Shown here in pieces: positions 10,426 to 20,735 of a DNA stretch of 26,483 nucleotides (positions are counted from its first letter, which is position 1; the number at the start of each line of letters is the position of its first letter). The DNA is from Candidatus Scalinduaceae bacterium (GTDB lineage: Bacteria > Planctomycetota > Brocadiia > Brocadiales > Scalinduaceae). The notes beneath the pieces are model-generated. The model saw only the letters and a program-made list of their open reading frames with translations. It was not told where the DNA came from and searched no databases. The stretch is taken from assembly GCA_046759445.1 (NCBI GenBank), contig JBHICG010000046.1, positions 1-26,483 on the forward strand. The letters are read 5' to 3'. A program made the translations under genes and the position numbers.

Positions 10426-11172
10426 ATGATAAATATGGATTTCTCAAACACTACTTTGCAGGTAAAGGAAAGGATGGAGCCTTTTTTCAATGAAATACTT
10501 TCTTCTTTTGGTAATCATGTCAAATCTATCTATATTATAGGTAGTGCAGTTACAAATGATTTTGATGAAAAAACGTCGGATGTCGACTCGCTAATTGTGC
10601 TAAAAGAAAAGAACCTGGACATCTTTGATTTTATAGCACCTATCGGCAAAAAATATGGCAAGAAGAAAATAAGGGCTCCAATAATTATGACCAATGACTA
10701 TATAAGGTCATCACTTGAGGTGTTTCCGATACAATTTCTCAATATTAAAATAATAAATAAGCTGATTTATGGAGAAGACGTTCTTAAAGACATCACGATA
10801 GACAAATCTGATTTGCGGCTTGTATGTGAAAGGGAATTAAAGGGTTGGATACAAAATTTAGGCCAGGCATATATAAAATCCCTTGGTAATGACCGCATAA
10901 TAAGGGAATTGTTTAAAAGCTTCCTCTCTTCGTACATTCCCATATTCAGGGCAATACTTTTCCTTCACGACAGAGAATTACCACAGGAAAGAAATATAGT
11001 ACTTGATGAATTGGAAAAAGCCATGAAGATAAGGGTGGATGTATTCAGGGAATTAGTAAATATAAAGACTGGTAAATACAAACCAACACATGGTGACCTG
11101 ACTAGGGATTTTCGAGATTTGTATAATACCCTTGATGACATAGCAAATAAAATTGATAAGTTCGAGGTATAA
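10426..11172 (+). CDS. Nucleotidyltransferase-domain protein (type usually linked to LemA/TPM)
   Basis: GSAV...SDVD motif; SLEVFPIQF and LRLVCERELKG segments; adjacent to the TPM gene. Confidence 0.78.
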   Translation: MINMDFSNTTLQVKERMEPFFNEILSSFGNHVKSIYIIGSAVTNDFDEKTSDVDSLIVLKEKNLDIFDFIAPIGKKYGKKKIRAPIIMTNDYIRSSLEVFPIQFLNIKIINKLIYGEDVLKDITIDKSDLRLVCERELKGWIQNLGQAYIKSLGNDRIIRELFKSFLSSYIPIFRAILFLHDRELPQERNIVLDELEKAMKIRVDVFRELVNIKTGKYKPTHGDLTRDFRDLYNTLDDIANKIDKFEV

Positions 11173-11173
11173 A

Positions 11174-11974
11174 ATGTTTGGTAGAAAATATTTTATAATG
11201 TTTATGTCTATTATATTTTTATTATATCCGTTTGCTATAACGGCATTTGGAGAGGTGGATATCCCCACACCTAAAATGCACGTCGAAGACCGTGCAAAAA
11301 TAATAGATAAACAAACCGAAAACAGATTAAACGCCTTTCTTTCAGAACTGGAGACCAAGACTGGCGCTCAGATGGTAGTTTTAACTGTTAAAACCACTGG
11401 AGGAATACCCGTTGATCAGTTTTCAGTTGACCTTGCTAACAAGTGGAAGCTTGGTCAGTTTGAAAAGGATAATGGTATACTTATGGTCATTGCAAAGAAA
11501 GATAGAAAATATAGCATAGAAGTAGGTACAGGCCTGGAAAAGACATTGCCAAATGCTTTTTGCGAGAACGTGGGGAAAGCCGTATTCATTCCTAACTTCA
11601 GAGCTGGCAACTATAGTCAGGGCATTTATCAGGGCGCAATTGCAATCATCAATAGAGTAGCTCAAGATGCCGGTGTTACTATTACGGGCGCTCCCAGTGT
11701 AGTACACCAACCTAGAAGAAGGGGCGTGGGGTTTTCATTTTTACCTATTCTCCTGATTTTCATATTGCCCATGTTGATGGGAAGGAGAAGGGCCTACGGT
11801 CGAAGCCGCTGGGGGGGTATGCCGTTCTTCATGATGATGCCGTTTATGTTTGGTGGATTCGGCGGTTTTGGCGGACATAGAGGTGGAGGTTCTTACAGCA
11901 GCGGGGGATTTGGTGGTTTTGGTGGCGGACTTGGCGGTGGCTTTGGAGGTGGTGGAGCATCAGGAGGCTGGTAA
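11174..11974 (+). CDS. TPM-domain (YgcG-like) membrane protein with Gly-rich tail
   Basis: Signal peptide, WKLGQ..KDNGIL, IEVGTGLE, TM segment, GGGFGGGGASGGW end. ATG 11174 follows the upstream stop. Confidence 0.92.
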   Translation: MFGRKYFIMFMSIIFLLYPFAITAFGEVDIPTPKMHVEDRAKIIDKQTENRLNAFLSELETKTGAQMVVLTVKTTGGIPVDQFSVDLANKWKLGQFEKDNGILMVIAKKDRKYSIEVGTGLEKTLPNAFCENVGKAVFIPNFRAGNYSQGIYQGAIAIINRVAQDAGVTITGAPSVVHQPRRRGVGFSFLPILLIFILPMLMGRRRAYGRSRWGGMPFFMMMPFMFGGFGGFGGHRGGGSYSSGGFGGFGGGLGGGFGGGGASGGW

Positions 11975-11978
11975 ACAA

Positions 11979-12011
11979 TCAACAACCACTCCTAAAAGAG
12001 GTGGTTGTTGA
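11979..12011. terminator. Hairpin between convergent TPM and hsp20 genes (also the putative end of an IS200-like remnant)
   Basis: TCAACAACCAC-N11-GTGGTTGTTGA, a perfect 11-bp stem 4 nt after the TPM stop. Confidence 0.6.
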
Positions 12012-12155
12012 CTAAAATTTCCCATAGAATACATCCTTTTCTCTCTTAGGGTAGCCCCCTTGATATCTTAAGGAGGTATTCTTTTTTAACAAGTTTTAAT
12101 CACTACCCTACCCGCATAGCAAAGCTGGGACACACCAGCACAGATGGTGGTTTAA
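11979..12155 (-). mobile_element. Putative non-autonomous IS200/IS605-like element with tnpA deleted
   Basis: Two subterminal hairpins (11979-12011 and ~12131-12154) and a 12/13-bp stem (12026-12038/12070-12082) that covers an SD-like AAGGA just before an orphan ATG at 12025. Confidence 0.5.
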
Positions 12156-12171
12156 GGTATTAATTAAGGTA

Positions 12172-12591
12172 TTATGCCGACTTCACCTCAATCTGTCTCT
12201 GCTTATATGTTTGTTTTTTGGGAAGCGTAATCCTTAATACACCATTTGACATCACAGATTTAATCTTATCCACGTCAATAGTTTCGTTCAAGACGAAGTG
12301 TCTATGGAAATGGCCTTCGTCGTACTCTCCATAAAGCACCTCATCATCACGTTCTTCCTCATGTACCACATGACCGGTAACAACGATCTCATCTCCCTGC
12401 AATTTCATGTTCACGCCGTCTTTACTAACGCCGGGCATATCCATTTCTATTATTACTTCATTTTCATATTCAAAAACGTCAGCAGCGGGCACATACCATT
12501 CGTCTGCATGTGAGACAAGGTGAGGCTCTGCTTTGTGAGTGCTAACATCCAGTTTCTTTTTTTCAACATGTTTCTGTTGTTTCTTTGGCAT
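12172..12591 (-). CDS. Hsp20/alpha-crystallin small heat shock protein
   Basis: PAADVFE, DMPGV, FHRHF, NGVLRITLPK; GAGGA RBS before ATG 12591. Confidence 0.93.
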   Translation of the reverse strand: MPKKQQKHVEKKKLDVSTHKAEPHLVSHADEWYVPAADVFEYENEVIIEMDMPGVSKDGVNMKLQGDEIVVTGHVVHEEERDDEVLYGEYDEGHFHRHFVLNETIDVDKIKSVMSNGVLRITLPKKQTYKQRQIEVKSA

Positions 12592-12637
12592 TGTTATATC
12601 CTCATAATAAGTTTGCAATATAATCAATCATTATTAA

Positions 12638-13042
12638 TTACCCAGCTTTTACAGAGATCTGCTTTGTTTCATCAGTATCTTTTTTGTGAAGAGCGATGGT
12701 GAGAATACCGTTAGATAAGACAGATTCTGCCCTGGAAGTGTCAACGTCTCTGGGCAGAGCAATAGTACGGTTAAAGAATCCGTCGTTCCTCTCCTCATGA
12801 AAAGAGACAACTCCCTCATGAGGTTCTATTTTCCTCTCCCCCTGAATAGTTATTGTTCTTTCTGCAACCGTTACGTTAAGGTCCTTTGCATTAATCCCTG
12901 GTAACTCAGCCCTGATAAGAAAGTTTTTATCCTTAACAGAAATCGTAATCGGGGGAAATTTGCCGCCTACAAGCAGACGATTAACTTCATCATTAAGGGT
13001 GTCAAACCAATCATAGTCTTCAAAGATGTTCATTAATTCCAT
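12638..13042 (-). CDS. Hsp20/alpha-crystallin small heat shock protein
   Basis: FPPI, AELPGI, IQGERK, FNRTIALP, NGILTIAL; GGAGG RBS. Confidence 0.93.
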   Translation of the reverse strand: MELMNIFEDYDWFDTLNDEVNRLLVGGKFPPITISVKDKNFLIRAELPGINAKDLNVTVAERTITIQGERKIEPHEGVVSFHEERNDGFFNRTIALPRDVDTSRAESVLSNGILTIALHKKDTDETKQISVKAG

Positions 13043-13141
13043 AATATACCCTCCAAAGAACTTTTAAAAAGATATTTTCTTCAAATGCGACTTTGTTTAT
13101 CACTACTCAAAATGACACTCACACATTCTTATCAAATCGTA

Positions 13142-13342
13142 TTATGTCCAGGGGGCAAAATAATCTATGTGGTAAACGTCTATAATCAACCAGAAAAGTT
13201 TTGTCCAGGCAGTCGTAATCCCGCGCAACTTCTCTGGATCGTTCTTCAGCTCCTCAGCAAAGAGATCCTCAAGCCCGAAGATAGGTACATGTACGGCACC
13301 AACCCAGCGAACATGATTCCATAATGCTTCATCATGTAATCG
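13142..13342 (-). pseudogene. Start-less C-terminal fragment of a protoglobin/globin-like protein
   Basis: 66-aa open frame with no start: RLHDEALWNHVRWVGAVHVPIFGLEDLFAEELKNDPEKLRGITTAWTKLFWLIIDVYHIDYFAPWT*. Resembles a globin F-helix His (VGAVH) and H-helix AWxK. Confidence 0.5.
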
Positions 13343-13528
13343 TTATAAAACAGTAATTATTACAGTTAGTCAATATAAATTATTTGATATTAAGATCTCA
13401 TACAAGGTTTGGCTTAATAAATAGTCGTCACTGAAAAAGTCTTTTTTTTGCTGGATGAAAGAATAAAGGTTCGACATCACGCCTAACATAATCGAGAATT
13501 TTTGAGTTTACTAGAAGCAATATTTGGA

Positions 13529-13990
13529 CTACTGTATGCACTTTTCTGATATTGTATTAGAATGAGAAGTCTTTTTACGAGAGAATATTTGCTCGTCTAA
13601 CGAATATTTTCCCGGGCCGATGAAGAGCATACTCAAGAAAAGGATTCCCGCCTCTACTGCATGGGAGTATTTTATAAAGGAATCTCCCTTGCCTATATGC
13701 ATAGATGCTGCGAATATCATTGTGATGAACAAAAGGAAGCATGCTGGACGTGTCAGAAATCCCAAAGCTATAAATGCACCACCAAAAAATTCTGAAACCG
13801 CCGCCATAAAGCCCCAGAATGTTGGGACGAAATCTAAACCAAAGAATTTCGTAATTCCTCCGATCAATTCCCATTTCTCTGGGCCACCGAAGAGTTTTGG
13901 GCAGCCATGACCCATGAACATAAGTCCGATGCCTACCCGTAAAATGAGCAAGCCTACATCTCGATATTTATCCAAACAACTGAAAACCAT
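13529..13990 (-). CDS. DoxX family membrane protein
   Basis: LLILRVGIG..HG.PKL, EFFGG..ALG..TR, GPGKYSLD. Confidence 0.93.
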   Translation of the reverse strand: MVFSCLDKYRDVGLLILRVGIGLMFMGHGCPKLFGGPEKWELIGGITKFFGLDFVPTFWGFMAAVSEFFGGAFIALGFLTRPACFLLFITMIFAASMHIGKGDSFIKYSHAVEAGILFLSMLFIGPGKYSLDEQIFSRKKTSHSNTISEKCIQ

Positions 13991-14101
13991 AGATTATCTC
14001 CTTTAGAATTTATCAAACGTAGATTTTATAAATATGATATGAAAATTTATGTGGCAATATTTGTTTTATACGAGACTCTTTACGTAACAGTTAAATATAA
14101 A

Positions 14102-14349
14102 CAGGTTGTCCGAGAATAAACAAAAGCACCATTTTTTGTCATCTCTGACCCCGCTGCTTTCTTGCACCGTATCGGCACGATGCGAAAGCAAGAAGCGGGG
14201 TCAGAATCTTTAATTATAAGTATTTACAGAAGTATTAGATTCTGGATCAAGTCCGGGTGTGATTCTGTCTGTCCTTCGGACAGTTTAGCAGAATCACCTA
14301 AGCAATTCCGCTTTTGCTGAATTGCCAATGACAATTCTCGGACAGCCTG
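14102..14349. mobile_element. 248-bp MITE with 16-bp TIRs, TAAA target duplication and nested hairpins
   Basis: CAGGTTGTCCGAGAAT (14102-14117) / ATTCTCGGACAGCCTG (14334-14349), 15/16 match. TAAA at 14098-14101 and 14350-14353. Confidence 0.8.
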
Positions 14350-14437
14350 TAAAGATATAACACAGGTGATTTCATATTTGTATAGTCTTTTTAGTATTAC
14401 AGTTTAGTTGGAAGGATAGTTAAGGGATTACGACAAA

Positions 14438-14929
14438 CTAAGACTTACAGTAATTTAGTCTTACGTATTCCATCAATCCTCCTGCTTGAATTATGTCCTT
14501 CATCTCTTTGGGGAAAGGTGTAAAAGAGTATTCTTTGTTTGATGTCAGATTAACTATTTTACTTAAATTAATGTCTACCGAAACTTCATCTCCTTCATTT
14601 ATGTCCATAGCTGCATTTTTACTCTCGAATATTGGTAAGCCAATGTTGATAGCATTTCTAAAGAATATCCTGGCGAAACTTTTTGCTATTACGCAAGAAA
14701 TTCCATAGGCCTTGATAGATAACGGCGCATGTTCTCTTGAAGACCCGCATCCAAAATTCTCACCAGTCACTATTATATCACCCCTCTTTGCTTTTTTCAC
14801 AAATGCTGGATCTATATCCTCCATGCAATGGGATGACAGTTCTTCTATATCAGTTGTATTTAAATATCTGGCAGGAATAATTTCATCTGTATTTACATTA
14901 TCTCCATATTTCCAGCATTTTCCTCTCAT
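14438..14929 (-). CDS. leuD: 3-isopropylmalate dehydratase small subunit (short type)
   Basis: [46 protein letters not shown]. Confidence 0.92.
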   Translation of the reverse strand: MRGKCWKYGDNVNTDEIIPARYLNTTDIEELSSHCMEDIDPAFVKKAKRGDIIVTGENFGCGSSREHAPLSIKAYGISCVIAKSFARIFFRNAINIGLPIFESKNAAMDINEGDEVSVDINLSKIVNLTSNKEYSFTPFPKEMKDIIQAGGLMEYVRLNYCKS

Positions 14930-14952
14930 AATAAATTAGCTCCATTCAATCC

Positions 14953-17900
14953 TTAATTTACGCTTGTATGATTCTTAATTGTACCAAGTCTACTTTCCAT
15001 CCTTTGGTGAGCCTGGTGCATAAAAGCCTCAATACGTGTTTCTTCATTGGATTCCTCTTGACCATCAAACGCCAGCTTTAAACATGGAATACCTCCATGT
15101 TCTCTTTGAAATTTTTCCAGTACTGCGTTAACTACAGTTCCTGGCATGCAATGGAAAGGTGTAACATTTACAATACCATCAAAATTTTCCTCTATATATT
15201 CTACTGCTCTACCCATGCTAATAACCGGATCTCCTTTGTATGAGTCATGGACGTATTGTCTTCCTTTCAAAATCAACTTTTTTATAGAACTTTCTTTAAA
15301 GAAATTACTTATACATTTTTTAAATGGTCGAGATATTCTAAACGCATCATACCTTTGTACTATTTCAGAAACTAACTCTTTTGTATAAGCACTTATATCC
15401 CTATCCCTTATACAATCTTCTCTCCGACGATGACCTATATAATTTATCCACTCACCAAAGGGTGGAATTACCACTTTTCCTCCGAGTATTTCTATCCTTC
15501 TCACAATAAAATTATTAGAGAATTCATTACCGCGAACATATGTTTCACCAATGATGCCAATTAAGGGTTTCTGGATACTTTTGTCTACTGCTATCTTATT
15601 AAAAGCATCCCTTGCATCTTTAGCTACTTGTAAAAGGTCAAGTTCGTATTCTATTGCATGTTCTGCTTTTCTGAGATGTTGTTTATAAACAATATCTGAT
15701 TCATATTTGTGGATTTCATACGGCCGTACTTCATGCAATATTTTCTGCATAAAGTCTACAAGAACAAATCCATTCCATGCAAGCTTACGGAATTTTGTTC
15801 CCAATTTGCTCAAATCTTCTTGGTAATCATCTCCTTGATCCAACGTATAGATTTGTACTTGAGGAAATCCGAGGTCATCTAGTATCATGCGGTGCATCTT
15901 ATTGTATTGGCCAAATCTGCATGGGCCAGATGCTGTAGCCATAAAGAAGGTACTTCTCTCTGGATCAAAATCAGGGCTTAGTAACTTTTTGACAATATCT
16001 CCCGTTGTTAGGATTGCAGGGTAACACTCTTTCCCTGATGTGTATTTTCTTCCCATTTCCAGGCTTTTCTTATCAGACATTGGTAAGGCTTTAGCGTTAA
16101 TACCATTAATTCTCATAGCAGCAGCAACCATTCTTCCACAATCATTCATATAAGGGATATACAAGGTCTTTTTCTTGTTTAAGGATAATTTCTCTTTCCC
16201 ATTTATGCCATTCTTAAAGTCTTTAATCCTGGAATTTTTCAAACTATCTAAAAATGCCTCACAGCGTGTCATTACCCCAGCATCTGCACTGTGTTCATCT
16301 ATCTCTATCGTTAAGAAAGGTTTTCCTCCTACCTCTTTTGGGAAAAACTTCAAAATAAAAGAATCAGGCCCGCATCCAAAGTTTGTTATATAAAGCGCAT
16401 ACAGCCTTTTATCCCTGGCAATCATCCTCGCAGCCGCAAGTATCTTCTGTCCGTATTTCCAGTACATATTTGGATAATCCTTCGATATCTCCTCTATGTC
16501 CAGAGTTAAGAAATCCATTGGAATTGCTAATATACCCATATCCCTGAGCTTGTCAGGGAGATTCAAATTAATACCAGAATCACAACCGTTATAGGGGCGA
16601 CTTATAATCACAAATGCCGTCTCATCGTCTCCTAAATTGTCCAGTACTTCTTTGCCTCTCTCTTCAAGCTTTTTAGAAAATCTACTCTGAGAATCTTTTG
16701 CCCGAATAATGGCATTCTCAACAACTTTACCCCTTTTACCTATATCTTTCGCAATTTGCCGTAGTGTTTTGTCCAAAAATAATTCACCATACTCAAAGTG
16801 AATTATCGGTTGCAAAACCTTGAATCTTCTACTGTCCAGATCAATTGCAGAACGAACTATGTATGGAAGACATTGTACATAAGGACATGCGTAAGAGTGC
16901 GTTAACTTGGAAGATGCATGTGTCATATTTATTACGCTTGGCAAGAACAAATAATCAATATCTCTATATAACATATCCAAAACGTGTCCATGTGCTACCT
17001 TTATGGGAAAACATGTCTCCGTATTAACATTTTCCAACCCTTTATCAATAATTTCACGATTTGTATCACCTGAAGTTATTACATCAAAACCTAATTCTGT
17101 AAAGAAAGCCTTCCACATGGGATACAACTCGAAAAAAGTAGAAGCGCGTGGAATACCTATACGTTTCCCTAATGGCTTTTCAGGTCTATCTTTAGGATAA
17201 ATGGTATGTAGATATCTTTTTCTTTCATTAAACAACCTGGGTAAATTACCAGTCTTCCTGTCCTTTTTCTCATCATCATACTTGCCGCAACGACTTCCAT
17301 AATGAAGAGGTGATTCTCCACTTATACTTACTTTTCTTATCTCACATATGTTTGAACAATCCTTGCATACAAACGATAACATCTCATACTTCCTATTCCT
17401 TAAGTCAAAGCCCTTAAAGTTAGATTTGTCCCATGTGCACTCTTCTATTGCTATTATGGCAGAACCTATCGCACCCATAATATCATGATGAGTCGGCACT
17501 ATTATCTTCTTACCCGTCACTTTCTCAAAAGCTGCCTTAACACCTCTGTTTGCAGCCACCCCTCCTTGGAAAAAGATAGAATCTCCAATCCTTCTCTTCT
17601 CAACAACACGATTGATGTAGTTCAACACTATAGAATAACTTAATCCCGCTAAAAGGTCATCCTTATGTACTCCTATCTGCTGATGATGATTGAGATCTGA
17701 TTCCATAAAAACTGTACATCTTTCTCCAAGATGTGATGGACAACATGAGCTTAATGCTCTTTTACCGAATTCATTCTTAATGTTAATATCCAGCTTATCA
17801 GATTGTTCTTCAAGAAATGAACCCGTTCCCGCCGCGCATACCTTGTTCATAGTAAAATCAACTATAGCTCCATTTTCCATGCTTATATATTTAGAATCCT

Positions 17901-19224
17901 GACCGCCAATCTCAAAGATTGTATCAACTTCCTTATCAACGGCCGCTGCTGCAGTCGCATGCGCCGTTATCTCATTCTTAACTATATCGGCTCCAATAAA
18001 TTCTCCCGTCAGGTATCTACCAGAACCAGTTACACCTACACCCTTTACCATGACCTTGTCACCGACTTCCTCTCCTACTTCAAATAACCCCTGCCTGACA
18101 GCCTCCAGTGGCTTACCAGCAGTCATCAGATAACGTCTTGCCAATACATTCTTATTCCCATCTATAACCACAACATTAGTACTTATAGACCCAACGTCAA
18201 CCCCAACATATGCTTCTATCTTTTTATCTGTATAAAGCTTGTGACTCTTAACATTTATTGCATAATTGTCCCCTTTGAGCTTCTGCAGGTTCGTATTTTT
18301 ACCATTTCGACTTCTTAGATACGCATCTATCTTTTTAAAACCCTTGAATGGAGAATAAATTCCATTATCTATTATGGTTGTCACAGCACCTATTGCTCCC
18401 ATAATCTTGAAGTATTTGGGAATAATGAGTTCTCCTTCAGACAAACCCAGTATGTCTTCAAATGCCCTTACTATCCCCATATTTGCGGCAACGCCACCCT
18501 GGAAGGCTATCGGCTTCACAAATTCCTTTCCCTTTCCTATATTACTCTTAAAATTTCTTGTAAGTGCATAACATAAACCGGCCACAATATCATGAATCGA
18601 TGTGCCAACCTGTTGGAGGTGTATCATATCTGATTTTGCAAAGACACTACACCTGCCTGCTATCCTGGGAGGATTCTTTGACTTTAAAGCTAACATTCCA
18701 AATTCATCCTCTATAGATACACCTATCCTGGCTGCCTGCTGATCCAAAAATGACCCAGTTCCCGCCGCACACATCGTATTCATGGCAAAATCAGATACCT
18801 TTAAACCTGTTCTTCCTTTGGCATCCTTTCTCTCAGACGCCTCATCATACTCAAGTATTATCAGCTTTGAATCCTCGCCACCAAGCTCAATTATCGTCCT
18901 TACCTCAGGGTGTAATACTGACGTTGCCGTACTTTGTGCTACAACTTCGTTAATAAAACTTATGTCTATTATCTCCGCTAATAGCTTTCCTCCAGACCCT
19001 GTAACAGCCATTCCATTTACATCATCAAGGGGGAATCGATTACAAATGTCCCTTAGAATAATTACTACTGTTTCTATAGGTTGACCATGTGACCTTATAT
19101 AGTGATTTTCAAGAACCTCCCTGTCTTCATTCATCAATACTACTTTCACACTGACAGAACCAATATCTATACCAATATATTTCTTACTTTGCTTTTGAAA
19201 ACCTTTCTCTAAACTTCTAATCAT
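14953..19224 (-). CDS. Acyl-CoA dehydratase activase fusion (2x BadF/BcrAD ATPase + DUF2229 + dehydratase-like domain)
   Basis: Two copies of GxDxGS / GGxDSK / CAAGTGSFL / RCxVF / FQGGVAAN; ETCFPIK, FGCGPD, ECYP, GPCRFGQY, PFHCMP. Confidence 0.92.
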   Translation of the reverse strand: MIRSLEKGFQKQSKKYIGIDIGSVSVKVVLMNEDREVLENHYIRSHGQPIETVVIILRDICNRFPLDDVNGMAVTGSGGKLLAEIIDISFINEVVAQSTATSVLHPEVRTIIELGGEDSKLIILEYDEASERKDAKGRTGLKVSDFAMNTMCAAGTGSFLDQQAARIGVSIEDEFGMLALKSKNPPRIAGRCSVFAKSDMIHLQQVGTSIHDIVAGLCYALTRNFKSNIGKGKEFVKPIAFQGGVAANMGIVRAFEDILGLSEGELIIPKYFKIMGAIGAVTTIIDNGIYSPFKGFKKIDAYLRSRNGKNTNLQKLKGDNYAINVKSHKLYTDKKIEAYVGVDVGSISTNVVVIDGNKNVLARRYLMTAGKPLEAVRQGLFEVGEEVGDKVMVKGVGVTGSGRYLTGEFIGADIVKNEITAHATAAAAVDKEVDTIFEIGGQDSKYISMENGAIVDFTMNKVCAAGTGSFLEEQSDKLDINIKNEFGKRALSSCCPSHLGERCTVFMESDLNHHQQIGVHKDDLLAGLSYSIVLNYINRVVEKRRIGDSIFFQGGVAANRGVKAAFEKVTGKKIIVPTHHDIMGAIGSAIIAIEECTWDKSNFKGFDLRNRKYEMLSFVCKDCSNICEIRKVSISGESPLHYGSRCGKYDDEKKDRKTGNLPRLFNERKRYLHTIYPKDRPEKPLGKRIGIPRASTFFELYPMWKAFFTELGFDVITSGDTNREIIDKGLENVNTETCFPIKVAHGHVLDMLYRDIDYLFLPSVINMTHASSKLTHSYACPYVQCLPYIVRSAIDLDSRRFKVLQPIIHFEYGELFLDKTLRQIAKDIGKRGKVVENAIIRAKDSQSRFSKKLEERGKEVLDNLGDDETAFVIISRPYNGCDSGINLNLPDKLRDMGILAIPMDFLTLDIEEISKDYPNMYWKYGQKILAAARMIARDKRLYALYITNFGCGPDSFILKFFPKEVGGKPFLTIEIDEHSADAGVMTRCEAFLDSLKNSRIKDFKNGINGKEKLSLNKKKTLYIPYMNDCGRMVAAAMRINGINAKALPMSDKKSLEMGRKYTSGKECYPAILTTGDIVKKLLSPDFDPERSTFFMATASGPCRFGQYNKMHRMILDDLGFPQVQIYTLDQGDDYQEDLSKLGTKFRKLAWNGFVLVDFMQKILHEVRPYEIHKYESDIVYKQHLRKAEHAIEYELDLLQVAKDARDAFNKIAVDKSIQKPLIGIIGETYVRGNEFSNNFIVRRIEILGGKVVIPPFGEWINYIGHRRREDCIRDRDISAYTKELVSEIVQRYDAFRISRPFKKCISNFFKESSIKKLILKGRQYVHDSYKGDPVISMGRAVEYIEENFDGIVNVTPFHCMPGTVVNAVLEKFQREHGGIPCLKLAFDGQEESNEETRIEAFMHQAHQRMESRLGTIKNHTSVN

Positions 19225-19416
19225 TTCCTTTTTGTTCCTAAATCTGTAATTTAAACTCTTTATAGAATTTTAAGACTTTTTTTCCAACTGTGCCTTAAAA
19301 AAGAATATTTTAATCCAAAATAGTTTTTAGCACAAGTATTACAATACTAGCATTTCACAGTGCAGATAAATAACTTAATTGACGGAAGTATATTAAGTCT
19401 GCCTTGCGGATAAATC

Positions 19417-20679
19417 TTAGTCAATATATTCGGGGTGAGTAATTCTTCCTGTGATGGCAGAAGCAGCAGCAACGGCTGGGTTACAGAGATATATTTCAGA
19501 TTTTGGATGACCCATTCTACCTGCAAAATTCCTGTTAGTTGTTGATAATGCGCGTTCACCTTCTGCCAGAACACCCATATGTCCTCCAAGACAGGGACCA
19601 CAGGTTGGTGTAGAAACGGCGCCCTCAGCGTTTATAAAAATCTCTATCAATCCTTCTTTTAACGCTTCAAGATATATATCCTGTGTGGCCGGTATTATAA
19701 TCAAACGTACTGAGGAGTGTATTTTCTTGCCTTTGAGAATCTGTGCGGCAATTCTCAGATCAGAAACCCTGCCATTGGTGCATGAACCTATTACAACTTG
19801 ATCAATCCGTATATCAGATAGTTCTTCAACAGGACGTGTATTTTCAGGTAAATTAGGTAACGCCACCTGTGGAGAGATATTACTTACGTCATATTCAAAA
19901 ATATCACAATATTCACAATCATCATCATTTGAGTAGAATTTAAATTTCCTTTGTGCCTTGCCACTTATATATTCTTCTGTACATTTGTCTGGCTCAATTA
20001 TTCCATTTTTTGCGCCAGCTTCAATCGCCATATTGCATATTGTAAGGCGATCATCCATTGGTAATTCTTTAATAGCTTGTCCTGCAAACTCCATTGCCTT
20101 GTATCTTGCACCATCAACCCCAATGTTACCAATGACGTAAAGAATTAAATCTTTGCCAGATACCCATTTTTTCAGTTCGCCATTGAAAACAAATTTTATA
20201 GTTTCTGGTACTTTCAGCCAAACCTTGCCAGTCGCAAAGCATGCAGCTAAATCTGTACTTCCTATACCAGTAGAAAAAATTCCCAAGGCCCCATATGTAC
20301 ATGTGTGTGAATCTGCACCAATTACCAGATCACCCGGGACAACTATGCCTTTTTCTGGTAGCAATACATGTTCAATTCCTACTCTTCCTACCTCAAAGTA
20401 ATTTTCTATTTGGTGCTTTTGTGCAAATTCTCTAAGAACTTTGGCATTCTGAGCTGATTTAATATCCTTGTTTGGGGTGAAATGATCAGGGACTAAAACA
20501 ACACTTTTTGGATTGAAGATTTCTTTTATTCCAAGCTTCTCAAATTGTTCAATAGCAATTGGTGCCGTTATATCATTACCAAGGCATATGTCTACATCTG
20601 CATAAACAAATTGACCAGCGTGAACTTCTTCAAGGCCAGAATGTGCAGCAATAATCTTCTCTGTAATTGTCATACTCAA
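19417..20679 (-). CDS. leuC: 3-isopropylmalate dehydratase large subunit (LeuC/HacA type)
   Basis: [40 protein letters not shown]. Start may be ATG 20673. Confidence 0.93.
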   Translation of the reverse strand: MSMTITEKIIAAHSGLEEVHAGQFVYADVDICLGNDITAPIAIEQFEKLGIKEIFNPKSVVLVPDHFTPNKDIKSAQNAKVLREFAQKHQIENYFEVGRVGIEHVLLPEKGIVVPGDLVIGADSHTCTYGALGIFSTGIGSTDLAACFATGKVWLKVPETIKFVFNGELKKWVSGKDLILYVIGNIGVDGARYKAMEFAGQAIKELPMDDRLTICNMAIEAGAKNGIIEPDKCTEEYISGKAQRKFKFYSNDDDCEYCDIFEYDVSNISPQVALPNLPENTRPVEELSDIRIDQVVIGSCTNGRVSDLRIAAQILKGKKIHSSVRLIIIPATQDIYLEALKEGLIEIFINAEGAVSTPTCGPCLGGHMGVLAEGERALSTTNRNFAGRMGHPKSEIYLCNPAVAAASAITGRITHPEYID

Positions 20680-20735
20680 ACTGGCTTAAACAGTAAAAAC
20701 CATTTTATTTCTTAAAACATTTAAATTTAAATTAT

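Noticed and set aside
11820..11974. GGY-rich low-complexity repeat
   Set aside because: Ordinary Gly-rich tail of TPM proteins.
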